A stretch of 64,000 bases of DNA from positions 1 to 64,000 of IMG/VR virus record IMGVR_UViG_3300031857_016023; one strand, given 5' to 3'. The notes under the pieces were generated by a model. It searched no databases and was not told where the DNA came from. It was given only the letters and a program-made list of their open reading frames with translations. The position numbers were made by a program, and so were the translations under genes. This DNA is from a virus. Shown in pieces: positions 17,517-26,495 of the stretch; the first letter of the stretch is position 1, and the number at the start of each line of letters is the position of its first letter.

Positions 17517-18546
17517 CTTGTTCTTCCTGTATGATAGATCCAAAAGAAATGGAGTATTTTTGTTTAATAAACTCTTTAAACTTCTTATCGTTTAAAATAT
17601 CTTTCCAAAATTCTTTAGTGTTGGTGTCCGATTCACGCAATTTAGCACCAAGTTCTCCGGTCTTTTGGTCAACTTTTGCATACCAACCCGCTGATGGTTT
17701 CTGAACAAAATTACCTTCTAATGCAATTTCTAATAGACCTGAATACCTTTGAATGCCGCCATCAAAAGATACTGTGACAGGAATTTTGGACTTCTCACGC
17801 ACATAGCGAGATTTTTCAACATTGATAATGAAATTATAACCAGTAAGTTCACCAGCAGTTTTCTCTTGTTGGCGACCAAGAATCCAAATGGTATCAGCTG
17901 AGTAATAAGAACCTGTGCCACCACCCACAATATCTTTTGGAAACATACCAATCTCTTTGTATGTGTGATTCACAACAACCATTGGCACATCTTTAATTGT
18001 GAGATGTGGTGTAATCATACGAAACAATGATTTGATTTGCTTAGCACGGGTCATATCTGCAACAGATTTACCTTCAAGCGAATCTTCAACTTCTTTGCGT
18101 GAGGCCAAATTACCAATCGAATCAATGACAATAATCACTTTGTCATCTTTGTCGAGGCCTTGCAGCTGATTCATAATGTCGTGTTTCAGTTCTTCAATGT
18201 CGGTAATTGGCGTATGTAATACTTTATCCATATCGATATTGAATGTTTCAAAGTATTTCTGCGGTGTGCCAAACTCTGAATCATAAAACAAAACAACCGC
18301 ATCTTTATATTTCTTTTGATAAGAAGATGCCATCAAAAGAGCAAACGCTGTTTTAAAGTGTTTAGAAGGGCCTGCCAGCATGGTAAGACCTGGTGTAAGG
18401 CCGCCATCTAATTGACCTGATAGTGCCACATTTATCATTGGCACATCGGTTGGTATCATATCCTTTTCATTAAAGAATTTTGATTTAGCAAGAATAGACG
18501 AATCTTTAATCGTTGTATTCTTTTTCAATTTATCTAATAAACTCAT
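17500..18546 (-). CDS. uvsX: RecA-like recombinase UvsX
   Basis: AGPSKHFKT Walker A, FYDSEFG, IDSIGNLAS, DMTRAK; start MSLLDKLKK. Confidence 0.95.
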   Translation of the reverse strand: MSLLDKLKKNTTIKDSSILAKSKFFNEKDMIPTDVPMINVALSGQLDGGLTPGLTMLAGPSKHFKTAFALLMASSYQKKYKDAVVLFYDSEFGTPQKYFETFNIDMDKVLHTPITDIEELKHDIMNQLQGLDKDDKVIIVIDSIGNLASRKEVEDSLEGKSVADMTRAKQIKSLFRMITPHLTIKDVPMVVVNHTYKEIGMFPKDIVGGGTGSYYSADTIWILGRQQEKTAGELTGYNFIINVEKSRYVREKSKIPVTVSFDGGIQRYSGLLEIALEGNFVQKPSAGWYAKVDQKTGELGAKLRESDTNTKEFWKDILNDKKFKEFIKQKYSISFGSIIQEEQDEITA

Positions 18547-18547
18547 G

Positions 18548-19357
18548 TTAAAATGAACCTCCGTCAAGTCGTGTAATTTTATCTTTAGGTATAATTTCGT
18601 TTGAAGTTGTTTCTAAGTATGATTTAAATGGTACATCATTTTCAGGCTGATTGTCAAGCTTTTCATCTAAAATAGATTTATCTTTACCAATATGTCTGCG
18701 GTATGATTCTTGAGCTGCAATCAATAATAGAATGGCAAGTGGGTCAAATACGATGATAATTGTAATGATGACCGCTCTTACAGCTTTATCTATGAATGAT
18801 GGATCTTCTTTATCATAGAACATTTCGGCGATATATTTGATGGGACCAATTTCTGCTGCCAATTTGTTTTCTTCTGCCATCAGAGGCAATTTTTCTTGTG
18901 ACAACTTTTTTAGTTCTGCTTGAGCAGCACGAATGTCACGGTCAACTCTAGCACTTGTTTTTTCAGGATCAGATGCTTGTTTAAGCAAATAATCTAATCT
19001 ATCTTTAGCAATTTTTTCTTGAGCCTCAATAGTTCGTAATTGAACGGAATTAGCACCAAGAGTTACATTAGATTCTAAATGAGCTTTTGAAAGATAACCA
19101 AAAATACCCATTGATGTGATTATCATTAACAAAACAACCGCAGCACTAAAATAATATTTCATTATCTTTGCTGTTGTGTGCCAATTATTGTAAACCCACG
19201 ATACAGTAACGAGTTTAGCAATCTCTAATACTGCACCCATAATGATAATTGGCCAAAAAGAACCAGGAAATATTTGTGCTAAACCAATCACAGAATAAAA
19301 TGCAGCAATGGCAGAAAGTGCCAAAGCAGTAATAAGTGGAAAAATAACTTGTATCAT
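18548..19357 (-). CDS. Membrane protein with several transmembrane helices and a coiled coil
   Basis: Three N-terminal hydrophobic segments, ITSMGIFGYLSKAH, EIGPIKYIA, IIVFDPLAILLLIA; start moved to ATG 19357 (ATGA overlap with gp43 stop). Confidence 0.75.
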   Translation of the reverse strand: MIQVIFPLITALALSAIAAFYSVIGLAQIFPGSFWPIIIMGAVLEIAKLVTVSWVYNNWHTTAKIMKYYFSAAVVLLMIITSMGIFGYLSKAHLESNVTLGANSVQLRTIEAQEKIAKDRLDYLLKQASDPEKTSARVDRDIRAAQAELKKLSQEKLPLMAEENKLAAEIGPIKYIAEMFYDKEDPSFIDKAVRAVIITIIIVFDPLAILLLIAAQESYRRHIGKDKSILDEKLDNQPENDVPFKSYLETTSNEIIPKDKITRLDGGSF

Positions 19358-21888
19358 CCGAAAAAGTCCTCGATTGAATTTTGTTTTTCTGTTTTCCAAC
19401 CCATGCAATCTAAGACTACACGGATTGGTTCTAAGAAGGCTTTGTCAAACTGCATATCATAATCGATAAATTCTTGTAAATCTAATTCTTTTGGCAATCG
19501 TTGTGGAAAACTAATCACCGTATCTTTAACTGGATTTGGCATTTTAAGATATGCAAACTTTAACTTTTCGCCTTCTTGTATCATAGGATACTTATTCTCC
19601 AGTCCTAGACGCTTTACATGAAAATTGTAAAGAATTGCGCCTTTGACATGAATTGGTGTACCTTTTTTGTACAATGTTACTGAATCAGAATATTGTGCGA
19701 TGCCATTACACCCTCTTGGTGATGAAATATCTTCTGGAGGCAATTTCATAAATTGTGATTTGAAATCATCGATAAACGCATGTACATCTTCTTCGGTGCC
19801 CATCATCATCAGATTTAAAACTTTTTTCATCTTTTCACGGATAACAGATGGTGTAGATGACTTCACCATTTCTAAACCCATCACTTTGAGTTTTGGTTCT
19901 TTATATACAACACCTTCGTTGTTATACACATTCAGCGCATAGCGTTTCTTGGCAGTCCACAAACCTTTGTCTGCCAAAGCTTCACGTTTCATAATCATTT
20001 TTTGAGAATGTGCGTGGACATATTCAGCAAGCTCTTGATAACTTTCGTCAATAAACGGTTGTATTTTATCTTCACAGACCTTGTCCATGAAGGTGATGAT
20101 TGAATTAGTGTCCGTCTTTTCTTTATACACTTTATCAACGAGTTCACCAAGACGTAGGTAAATCGAATCTGTATCTGAGGCGATAACATAATCTTTTTCC
20201 GTTTTCAATAATTTGTTCATAAACTGATTGAGTTTTTTCTCAATCCAACGAATACTTAATTGGCCTGCTTGTGTAACTGCCAATGCCTGACGCAAATCAT
20301 AGAAACGAAAATACTGTGAGCCTAGAGCACCGTAAGCGGAGTTTAGTGAAACCTTCTTTGCAAGTTGTAGATTATTATAACGAGCAATTAGTTTATCTAA
20401 TTCTGCTTTCTTTTTAGCGTCAGTTTCAACTTGATAATCTTGTTGTGCCTTAATCATTAACTTCTTAAACTTCTTACGATCCTCATACATTTCTTCCATC
20501 ATTGTAGGAAGAAAACCTTTTTTCTTTGTAGTGAAATATTGGCCGTTTGGTGTCAATGTAACACCATCTAGTTTGCTTGTATCAACTTTCTTATCAAGCA
20601 TCTTATCAACACTTACACCATCAGAGATGATACGCCGCATTTCAAGTGTGTATTCGTGAGGTTCAATAATAGTTTCTGGTGAAATGTTATACTGAATCAA
20701 TAAGTGTGGATAAAGCGAGTTCAAGTCAAACGATGCAACCCAATCGTGCTTGCCAACTTGTGGTTCTTTTACATATGCACCTTCAAATGCAGAATCTTTT
20801 TCTTTGCGTTCTTTTGGCGGAACAATAATCTTTTGTTCCATCAGATAACAATTAATCAAAGAATCCCACATACGAGTTTGAGCAAATACATCCTCAAAGT
20901 TCGTTTTTGTATCATAGGCCAGAGTTGCAGCCAATTCAATTAACTTCAACTTATCTTCCAAATCTACGATAAGTTCTACGTCTTTAATGTTATACTCAAT
21001 AAACTTTTGATAATTGAGTTTATAGAGTTGATGTAGATTATCGTATTCAGAATAATCTAATTTGTTTGTGCCAAGTTCTACTGAGGCAATATGATCAAGC
21101 TTGTATGATTCCTGTGACTTACCTGCAGGAGCATACCAGCGGTATAACTCAATATAATCAAGACAAGAAATGCCGAAAATCTCATATGTTATCTGCTTTT
21201 TACCTTTAATAATCTTTTCACGTTCTGCTATATTATTCCATGGCGAAAGTTTCTTAGTCAAATCTGGCCCAAGAATCCGCTGCATACGATTGTGTAGATA
21301 GGGAATATCAAAGAACTTAATATTCCAACCAGACATAATATCTGGTGTATTCGCTTCCCAATCCATCAGAAAGGTTTTAAGAAGGGTATATTCGTCTTGG
21401 CACTTAATATAGTCAACATCATCACGGGTATTGTCAAAATCCCCGCATCCGTAAACGCTTAACCTTTTATTTAGTCTTTTCACAGCTACGGCGGTCACCG
21501 GTTCGCTGGCGGTCGCTGGGTCCGGGAACCCGTTTTCAGACCCCACCTCAATGTCGATGATAGCTATGTCGAGGTCTTTAATGTCCCAATCTATGACCCC
21601 CTTTTGAGTGTCGGCAATATAGGCATACTCGAGCCTGGTGTTGCCAAACATCTTAAAGTTTTGAACTTCTTCGTACCTCTTGATGAACTCTTTAGCCTCC
21701 CTGATCGAGCCAAACGATTTAGGCTCAAGCACATCTCCTTGCAAAGAACGCCATTCGGTATTCTTGTTCGTAGGAAAATACAAAGTCGGAGAGTATTCGA
21801 TCTTCTGTTTTACTCTCCGACCATTGTTGAGGCCTCGGTACATAATGTAGTTACCGAAGCATAGAACGTGTGTGTAATACTTACTCAT
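19354..21888 (-). CDS. gp43: Family B DNA polymerase gp43
   Basis: DIEV ExoI, FDIPY, YNIKD, SFDLNSLYPH, KVSLNSAYG, SDTDS, KKRY, C-terminal clamp-binding SIEDFF. Confidence 0.97.
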   Translation of the reverse strand: MSKYYTHVLCFGNYIMYRGLNNGRRVKQKIEYSPTLYFPTNKNTEWRSLQGDVLEPKSFGSIREAKEFIKRYEEVQNFKMFGNTRLEYAYIADTQKGVIDWDIKDLDIAIIDIEVGSENGFPDPATASEPVTAVAVKRLNKRLSVYGCGDFDNTRDDVDYIKCQDEYTLLKTFLMDWEANTPDIMSGWNIKFFDIPYLHNRMQRILGPDLTKKLSPWNNIAEREKIIKGKKQITYEIFGISCLDYIELYRWYAPAGKSQESYKLDHIASVELGTNKLDYSEYDNLHQLYKLNYQKFIEYNIKDVELIVDLEDKLKLIELAATLAYDTKTNFEDVFAQTRMWDSLINCYLMEQKIIVPPKERKEKDSAFEGAYVKEPQVGKHDWVASFDLNSLYPHLLIQYNISPETIIEPHEYTLEMRRIISDGVSVDKMLDKKVDTSKLDGVTLTPNGQYFTTKKKGFLPTMMEEMYEDRKKFKKLMIKAQQDYQVETDAKKKAELDKLIARYNNLQLAKKVSLNSAYGALGSQYFRFYDLRQALAVTQAGQLSIRWIEKKLNQFMNKLLKTEKDYVIASDTDSIYLRLGELVDKVYKEKTDTNSIITFMDKVCEDKIQPFIDESYQELAEYVHAHSQKMIMKREALADKGLWTAKKRYALNVYNNEGVVYKEPKLKVMGLEMVKSSTPSVIREKMKKVLNLMMMGTEEDVHAFIDDFKSQFMKLPPEDISSPRGCNGIAQYSDSVTLYKKGTPIHVKGAILYNFHVKRLGLENKYPMIQEGEKLKFAYLKMPNPVKDTVISFPQRLPKELDLQEFIDYDMQFDKAFLEPIRVVLDCMGWKTEKQNSIEDFFG

Positions 21889-22224
21889 TCATTTTTTTGT
21901 TTTCTTTGAAACTTTCTGTGGCTTTGTTTCTGCAATTTCAATGCTAGAATTAGGTGTCTTATCCCACATTAATTTATTGTATTGAGCTTCAAGTGTTTCA
22001 TTGGGTGTGGTAATACACAAAATGTCTGACATATTAAATTTAATGCCTGTATCAAATTCTAGTGTATACTCCAAGAAAGGAGCAAAGCCCAATTGCAAAC
22101 CTTCTTTAATTACCTGTTGAAGAACTTGAACAGGTGCTTTTACAATAATTGTTTTGTCATCAACGCAATCGACTTGAGCAAGAATTGTTTGATTGGTTCT
22201 AAAAGTAACTAATTTGTTTTTCAT
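21889..22224 (-). CDS. Hypothetical protein, Sm-like beta-rich pattern
   Basis: Abuts gp43; LVTFRTNQTILA..IIVKAPV..LGFAPF. Confidence 0.55.
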   Translation of the reverse strand: MKNKLVTFRTNQTILAQVDCVDDKTIIVKAPVQVLQQVIKEGLQLGFAPFLEYTLEFDTGIKFNMSDILCITTPNETLEAQYNKLMWDKTPNSSIEIAETKPQKVSKKTKK

Positions 22225-22439
22225 ATTTTAATCTCCGCAGATAAAACTCCGATTGTAATCCATCTTTTAGGGAACAGCATTTCTCTACCTTGAAAATCCT
22301 TCATATCATAGTTGGGGTCTTGTACCCAACCAACAACTTCAACTTGATTATCAAAATCACGAAGCACCAAGTCATACTTCTCAGCTCTTGGCATTTTATG
22401 TTCAATGGCAAGTTTTTTAGCAAGTTCACGCAGATTCAT
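22221..22439 (-). CDS. Hypothetical protein
   Basis: ATGA overlaps on both sides within the operon. Confidence 0.65.
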   Translation of the reverse strand: MNLRELAKKLAIEHKMPRAEKYDLVLRDFDNQVEVVGWVQDPNYDMKDFQGREMLFPKRWITIGVLSAEIKI

Positions 22440-23083
22440 TTTGTTTCCTTAAAGTCATAAAAAAAGTCATTGTTGTTTCGTGCAGAGTGTTTACTAAATT
22501 GCTCTACTGAATACAACTTTGTTGCTATTTTAAAATCTGGCATTTTAAATTCAGGTACTGTCAAAGAAGAATCAAAGAACAATGTTTTATTATTTGGCTG
22601 TGCGGCGAACTGACCGTTGTCCATCTTAATAAAATTATAACTCTTATGTTCTTCTACTGTTTCAGAAAATCCTGTATTCAAATAACCAGGGTCGTTTTGG
22701 CAAAAGTCAACGGTAAACATATATTGACCAAACTGCCACTTTCTATCTTTGTCTAAGAATTTACACTTCAATAACCGAAGATTATCTTTTTCAATGATAG
22801 TAACATTATAACTCAAACAGTCCCATATTTGCAAGTAATCCAAAGGTAAAGTTGCGTTTTTGAGGTCTGTTTGCCTTGATACAAAGGCATGGAGTGGAAG
22901 TTTATCGTATAGGGCACCGTAGTTTGGTAACAGCACCTCTATACGAAAGGCTTGATTCTTAATACACTTCAATGTCATCCATATACAAGGTTCATATTCG
23001 CCATGTCCTTTTTCAAAGTCATAGAGAAACTCCTTCTTTACGAAGCATTGTATTGGTGGCAAATTGTGAACAAGGAAAGCCAT
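22436..23083 (-). CDS. Conserved phage hypothetical protein
   Basis: MAFLVHNLPP..GALYDKLPLHAF..LQIWDC..YMFTVD..EHKS..NGQFAAQPNN. Confidence 0.75.
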   Translation of the reverse strand: MAFLVHNLPPIQCFVKKEFLYDFEKGHGEYEPCIWMTLKCIKNQAFRIEVLLPNYGALYDKLPLHAFVSRQTDLKNATLPLDYLQIWDCLSYNVTIIEKDNLRLLKCKFLDKDRKWQFGQYMFTVDFCQNDPGYLNTGFSETVEEHKSYNFIKMDNGQFAAQPNNKTLFFDSSLTVPEFKMPDFKIATKLYSVEQFSKHSARNNNDFFYDFKETK

Positions 23084-23086
23084 ATT

Positions 23087-23521
23087 TTATTTGTTTTCTG
23101 CTTGATAAGTTTCTAAAGTTTTTTTGAATTTACCTGCATGTGAACGCTCAGCTTTAGCAAGAGTTTCAAACCAATCTGCAATCTCATCAAAGCCCTCATC
23201 ACGAGCAGTTTTAGCCATACCAGGATACATGTCGGTATATTCATGTGTTTCACCTTCGATGGCAGATTTCAATGCTTCTTCAACAGAATGTACTTGCTCT
23301 CCTGTTGCTGGATCACCTGCACCACCTTTAAGTAAATATTCCATATGTCCGTGAGCATGGCCTGTTTCACCTTCAGCCGTATTACGAAATACATTCGCAA
23401 CTTCTGGTGCACCTTCTACATCGGCCATATTTGCGAAATACAAATAACGGCGGTTTGCCATTGATTCACCTGCAAATGCTTCTTTCAAACACTCAGCGGT
23501 TTTTGTTCCTGCGAGTTTCAT
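23087..23521 (-). CDS. rbr: Rubrerythrin (short, ferritin-like di-iron)
   Basis: [41 protein letters not shown]. Confidence 0.92.
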   Translation of the reverse strand: MKLAGTKTAECLKEAFAGESMANRRYLYFANMADVEGAPEVANVFRNTAEGETGHAHGHMEYLLKGGAGDPATGEQVHSVEEALKSAIEGETHEYTDMYPGMAKTARDEGFDEIADWFETLAKAERSHAGKFKKTLETYQAENK

Positions 23522-23693
23522 TGTTACTCTCCTTTGTTAAATTTTTAATAACTACTGATTTACCTACTATTTCATAATCCAATTTGTCACCAACATTCCA
23601 ATCTAATTCTTTTACCATTTCTTCTGGCAATTCTAAAATTGCATCACCAAAACAATCTAGTGCTAATACTTTAGCTTCATATGTCTTTGACAT
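23493..23693 (-). CDS. AbrB/MazE/SpoVT-like DNA-binding protein
   Basis: AILELPEEMVKELDWNVGDKLDYEI. Confidence 0.7.
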   Translation of the reverse strand: MSKTYEAKVLALDCFGDAILELPEEMVKELDWNVGDKLDYEIVGKSVVIKNLTKESNNETRRNKNR

Positions 23694-24117
23694 GATTCAC
23701 CTCTATTTTGCATTGATTGAGAAAGTTTAAACCTTCTTCACTTCTATAATGACTACGAAAATAAAACCTTTTAATGCCTGCTTGATGAATGAGTTTAGCG
23801 CAGTCTAAACACGGCGCATGAGTACAAATCATATCAGCCCCATCGGTTGAATTGGTCGACCGAGCTACTTTAGCAATTGCATTTGTTTCAGCATGTAATA
23901 CTTCAGGTCTAGTTTTTAATATTTGGCCGCCATCTTCATGTTGCTCTATCAATTCTTCACAATTATTATCCCAACCACTTGGCATTCCATTATAACCAAT
24001 GCCAATGATAGTATTATCTTTTACAATTACACAGCCAACTTGCAAGCGTTTAGCAGAAGATAGGTGTGCATAAACTTCTGCGGCTTTTAAGTGTGCTTTG
24101 ATAAATTTTTCTTTCAT
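23677..24117 (-). CDS. cd: dCMP deaminase
   Basis: VGCVIV, GYNG, HAETNAI, PCLDC zinc motifs. Confidence 0.92.
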   Translation of the reverse strand: MKEKFIKAHLKAAEVYAHLSSAKRLQVGCVIVKDNTIIGIGYNGMPSGWDNNCEELIEQHEDGGQILKTRPEVLHAETNAIAKVARSTNSTDGADMICTHAPCLDCAKLIHQAGIKRFYFRSHYRSEEGLNFLNQCKIEVNHVKDI

Positions 24118-24935
24118 TGTAACACTACCAAAGGAACCTGTATTCGTTTTAATGAATTAGCATAAACAAAGAATGGAAAAAATCTTTCGCCTAAAAATCC
24201 TGGGTATCTCCAAGGATGAATTTCAGATGTTGTTTGAACTATTGGATAAACGTCTTTACAGTTTTTCCAAATATATTCCAATATAGAAAATAATTCATTT
24301 GCATAACGAACAAATAAATCACGCCTCATAATATATGTTGTTTCAAAATTAATTATATTGTTATGTGTAAACCATGTCATATGTTGACGATATTGTGGAT
24401 ATAAATGCACAATTGCATCTTTAAAAAGATTCCAATATTCTATAGGTTCATACATTAAATATTGTTGTTCAACTGAATAAGGTAATGCAATGGAATGATT
24501 TGTCAACACTTCAGCTGTCTGTAAATATTCTAATGCTAAATCTTTTTCTTCGTCTGTGCCAAATAAACTAGCAACTTGTTGATCAGCTTGTACTTGAATT
24601 TTTGCTATATTCTTTTCAGCTTTACGATCCAACAGTAGATAACGGCGATAAGTTGTACAACCAACATAATCGTGTGTACAATTTTTCATCATCCAATATT
24701 CTGTTGCTTGTTGACCTAATGCACGGAGAAATTGATCTTCTGTACAACCATGATAATGTAATTGAAATTTGTGTATATCTTCTTTGCTTCTGTTTACATT
24801 CGTAAATGGTTTGGATTCATCAGGTGATTGCCAAGAAAAAGGTTCTAAACCTCCTGCATAAGTTGGAACAATCCATTTAGAATTCCAATTGAATGGAAAA
24901 TCCTTATGAAAATGCGAATACATTACTAAGGACAT
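24114..24935 (-). CDS. DUF4422-like glycosyltransferase
   Basis: YWMMKN..DYVGCTTYRRY, YIMRRDLF..Y..LFSIL, RYPGFLGER. Confidence 0.7.
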   Translation of the reverse strand: MSLVMYSHFHKDFPFNWNSKWIVPTYAGGLEPFSWQSPDESKPFTNVNRSKEDIHKFQLHYHGCTEDQFLRALGQQATEYWMMKNCTHDYVGCTTYRRYLLLDRKAEKNIAKIQVQADQQVASLFGTDEEKDLALEYLQTAEVLTNHSIALPYSVEQQYLMYEPIEYWNLFKDAIVHLYPQYRQHMTWFTHNNIINFETTYIMRRDLFVRYANELFSILEYIWKNCKDVYPIVQTTSEIHPWRYPGFLGERFFPFFVYANSLKRIQVPLVVLQ

Positions 24936-25108
24936 TATTCTTCCTTAGGTGCGTTCTTATTTTTCTTTTCGTGTTTAACTGGAATTGAAGCAAGAATTTC
25001 AGCTTCAATCATTGTTTTTTTAAACTCATTAGGATTGACACAGAATTTGCCTGCCATCATCCGTTTGGTCGATTTACTCAACCGAAAGTTTCTATCTCGC
25101 TTGTTCAT
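24935..25108 (-). CDS. Small basic hypothetical protein (57 aa)
   Basis: Below the track cutoff; GGAGA SD, MNKRDRNFRLSKSTKRMM...FKKTMIEAE; TAATG coupling to the next gene. Confidence 0.7.
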   Translation of the reverse strand: MNKRDRNFRLSKSTKRMMAGKFCVNPNEFKKTMIEAEILASIPVKHEKKNKNAPKEE

Positions 25109-25121
25109 AATATCTCCATGT

Positions 25122-25143
25122 AAAGCGGGGCAAAAGCCCCGCT
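25122..25143 (-). terminator. Stem-loop / intrinsic terminator after hsp20
   Basis: AGCGGGGC-TTTT-GCCCCGCT followed by a short T run. Confidence 0.6.
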
Positions 25144-25146
25144 GAG

Positions 25147-25632
25147 TTATGCTACTTTCTTCTCTTGTAGAAGTTGCGGCTTAAACTCTTTAAGTTCATT
25201 ACCAATTTCAATCTTGCGTGGTTTCTTGTGTTCAGGAATTACATTCTCTAAACCAATACGCAAAATTCCATCTTTAAACTCTGCACCTTTAACTTCTACG
25301 GTGTCAGCAATAGTCAATTGTTTTGTAAATGACCGAGTGCCAATACCACGATGCAGATAAGTCACATCAACATCTTTTTCTTTTTTCTCACCTTTGATAG
25401 TCAATGTACCATCTTCTGCTGTAATTTCAATATCTTCTTTACTGAATCCAGCAATAGCAAGTTCAACGACATAGTGAGTGTCTTTTAACTTGATGATGTT
25501 ATGTGGTGGAAAAGATTGGGTTACTTTTGTTGCATTATCTACATTCAAAAGTCTTTCTACATCATCAAAGAAACGCTCAAAACCCAATGTTGTGTGAGCC
25601 AATGGCCCAAATGAAATATGACCGAGTGTCAT
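25147..25632 (-). CDS. Small heat-shock protein Hsp20 (IbpA-like)
   Basis: FPPHNIIK, ELAIAGF, YLHRGIGTRSF, AEFKDGILRI, PEHKKPRKIEI. Confidence 0.93.
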   Translation of the reverse strand: MTLGHISFGPLAHTTLGFERFFDDVERLLNVDNATKVTQSFPPHNIIKLKDTHYVVELAIAGFSKEDIEITAEDGTLTIKGEKKEKDVDVTYLHRGIGTRSFTKQLTIADTVEVKGAEFKDGILRIGLENVIPEHKKPRKIEIGNELKEFKPQLLQEKKVA

Positions 25633-25640
25633 GTTGTTTT

Positions 25641-25655
25641 CTCCTATTAAGCGAG
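25641..25655 (-). promoter_or_regulatory. ROSE-like RNA thermometer hairpin over the hsp20 SD
   Basis: mRNA CUCGCU-UAAU-AGGAG: U(U/C)GCU pairs with the SD leaving a bulged G; a GC-rich hairpin lies upstream at 25667-25685. Confidence 0.6.
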
Positions 25656-25690
25656 TTAATCAAATAGCGGCCCATTAGGCGCCGCACCAT

Positions 25691-25698
25691 TATTTATA
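25691..25698 (-). promoter_or_regulatory. T4-type late promoter TATAAATA upstream of hsp20
   Basis: Exact consensus in the intergenic region. Confidence 0.75.
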
Positions 25699-25705
25699 CA
25701 ACAAT

Positions 25706-26110
25706 TTAATAATCGGATGTTTTTTTGCCAATGTTGTATTTGGCAATTAAATCCCAATCATCTTTTTCTTTAAACGAAATAATCTTTATTTGGTGTAAAG
25801 GTGCTATATTACCTTCAATCAATCTACGGTTCAATATCTTTACAAGACCCCATTCTTCCAATAGATTAGCAATTGCATTCCGTCTTTGTATATCATTCTC
25901 TGAAATATTGGATGGTTTACCATCTAGTGCAAATAATTCTTTGAAATGTACAATATAATACTTGCCTTGTTTATGTAAAATATGGCAAGATTGGTATAAT
26001 ACTTTTTCTTTCCGTGAAGAAACACCAATACGAGTAAGAGTTTCCCTTACCTTTAAAAAATCGTCTTGTTCGTTAAGGCTTACCTCAACAAACTGAGTCA
26101 AGTCAACCAT
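25706..26110 (-). CDS. regA: Translational repressor RegA
   Basis: DDFLKVRETLTRIG, LYQSCHILHKQGKYYIVHFKELF. Confidence 0.96.
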   Translation of the reverse strand: MVDLTQFVEVSLNEQDDFLKVRETLTRIGVSSRKEKVLYQSCHILHKQGKYYIVHFKELFALDGKPSNISENDIQRRNAIANLLEEWGLVKILNRRLIEGNIAPLHQIKIISFKEKDDWDLIAKYNIGKKTSDY

Positions 26111-26111
26111 A

Positions 26112-26495
26112 TTACTTCCTTAATCCACCGGTATCGGTTTGTTCTTTTAGTTGTTGGATCTGGTCTTTGCTTAGTAAGCGGAGTGCCTCACGGGCCTTTG
26201 AATCAGAGAAACCATAGACTTGTTTTATACATTCTAAATCATCACTTTTCTCAGACTTAACCCACTTCGCAAATGGTCTTTTTTGGGACCTGACGGTATT
26301 TAGTAAAAAGTCATTTTGCAACTTCTTATCCAGAAAATGGCGTCTGTTCATTTCATTTGCATACAGAACGCAATCTTTATGGTAAGATAAAGAACGATTA
26401 ATAATGAATGAATTGTATTCTTTTTCTGTCAGGTCGTCAACAATTAACTGTTTTTTACCTTGTAAAATCTCTTTGACAAAATCGAATGGGTTCAT
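26112..26495 (-). CDS. gp62: Clamp loader small subunit gp62
   Basis: YNSFIINRSLS..ANEMN..KRPFAKW..YGFS..KAREAL; synteny 45-44-62-regA. Confidence 0.92.
   Translation of the reverse strand: MNPFDFVKEILQGKKQLIVDDLTEKEYNSFIINRSLSYHKDCVLYANEMNRRHFLDKKLQNDFLLNTVRSQKRPFAKWVKSEKSDDLECIKQVYGFSDSKAREALRLLSKDQIQQLKEQTDTGGLRK

Noticed and set aside
21604-21864. Antisense ORF over the GC-rich part of gp43
   Set aside because: It is the in-register antisense frame, open simply because TTA/CTA/TCA codons are locally absent; no promoter or SD seen
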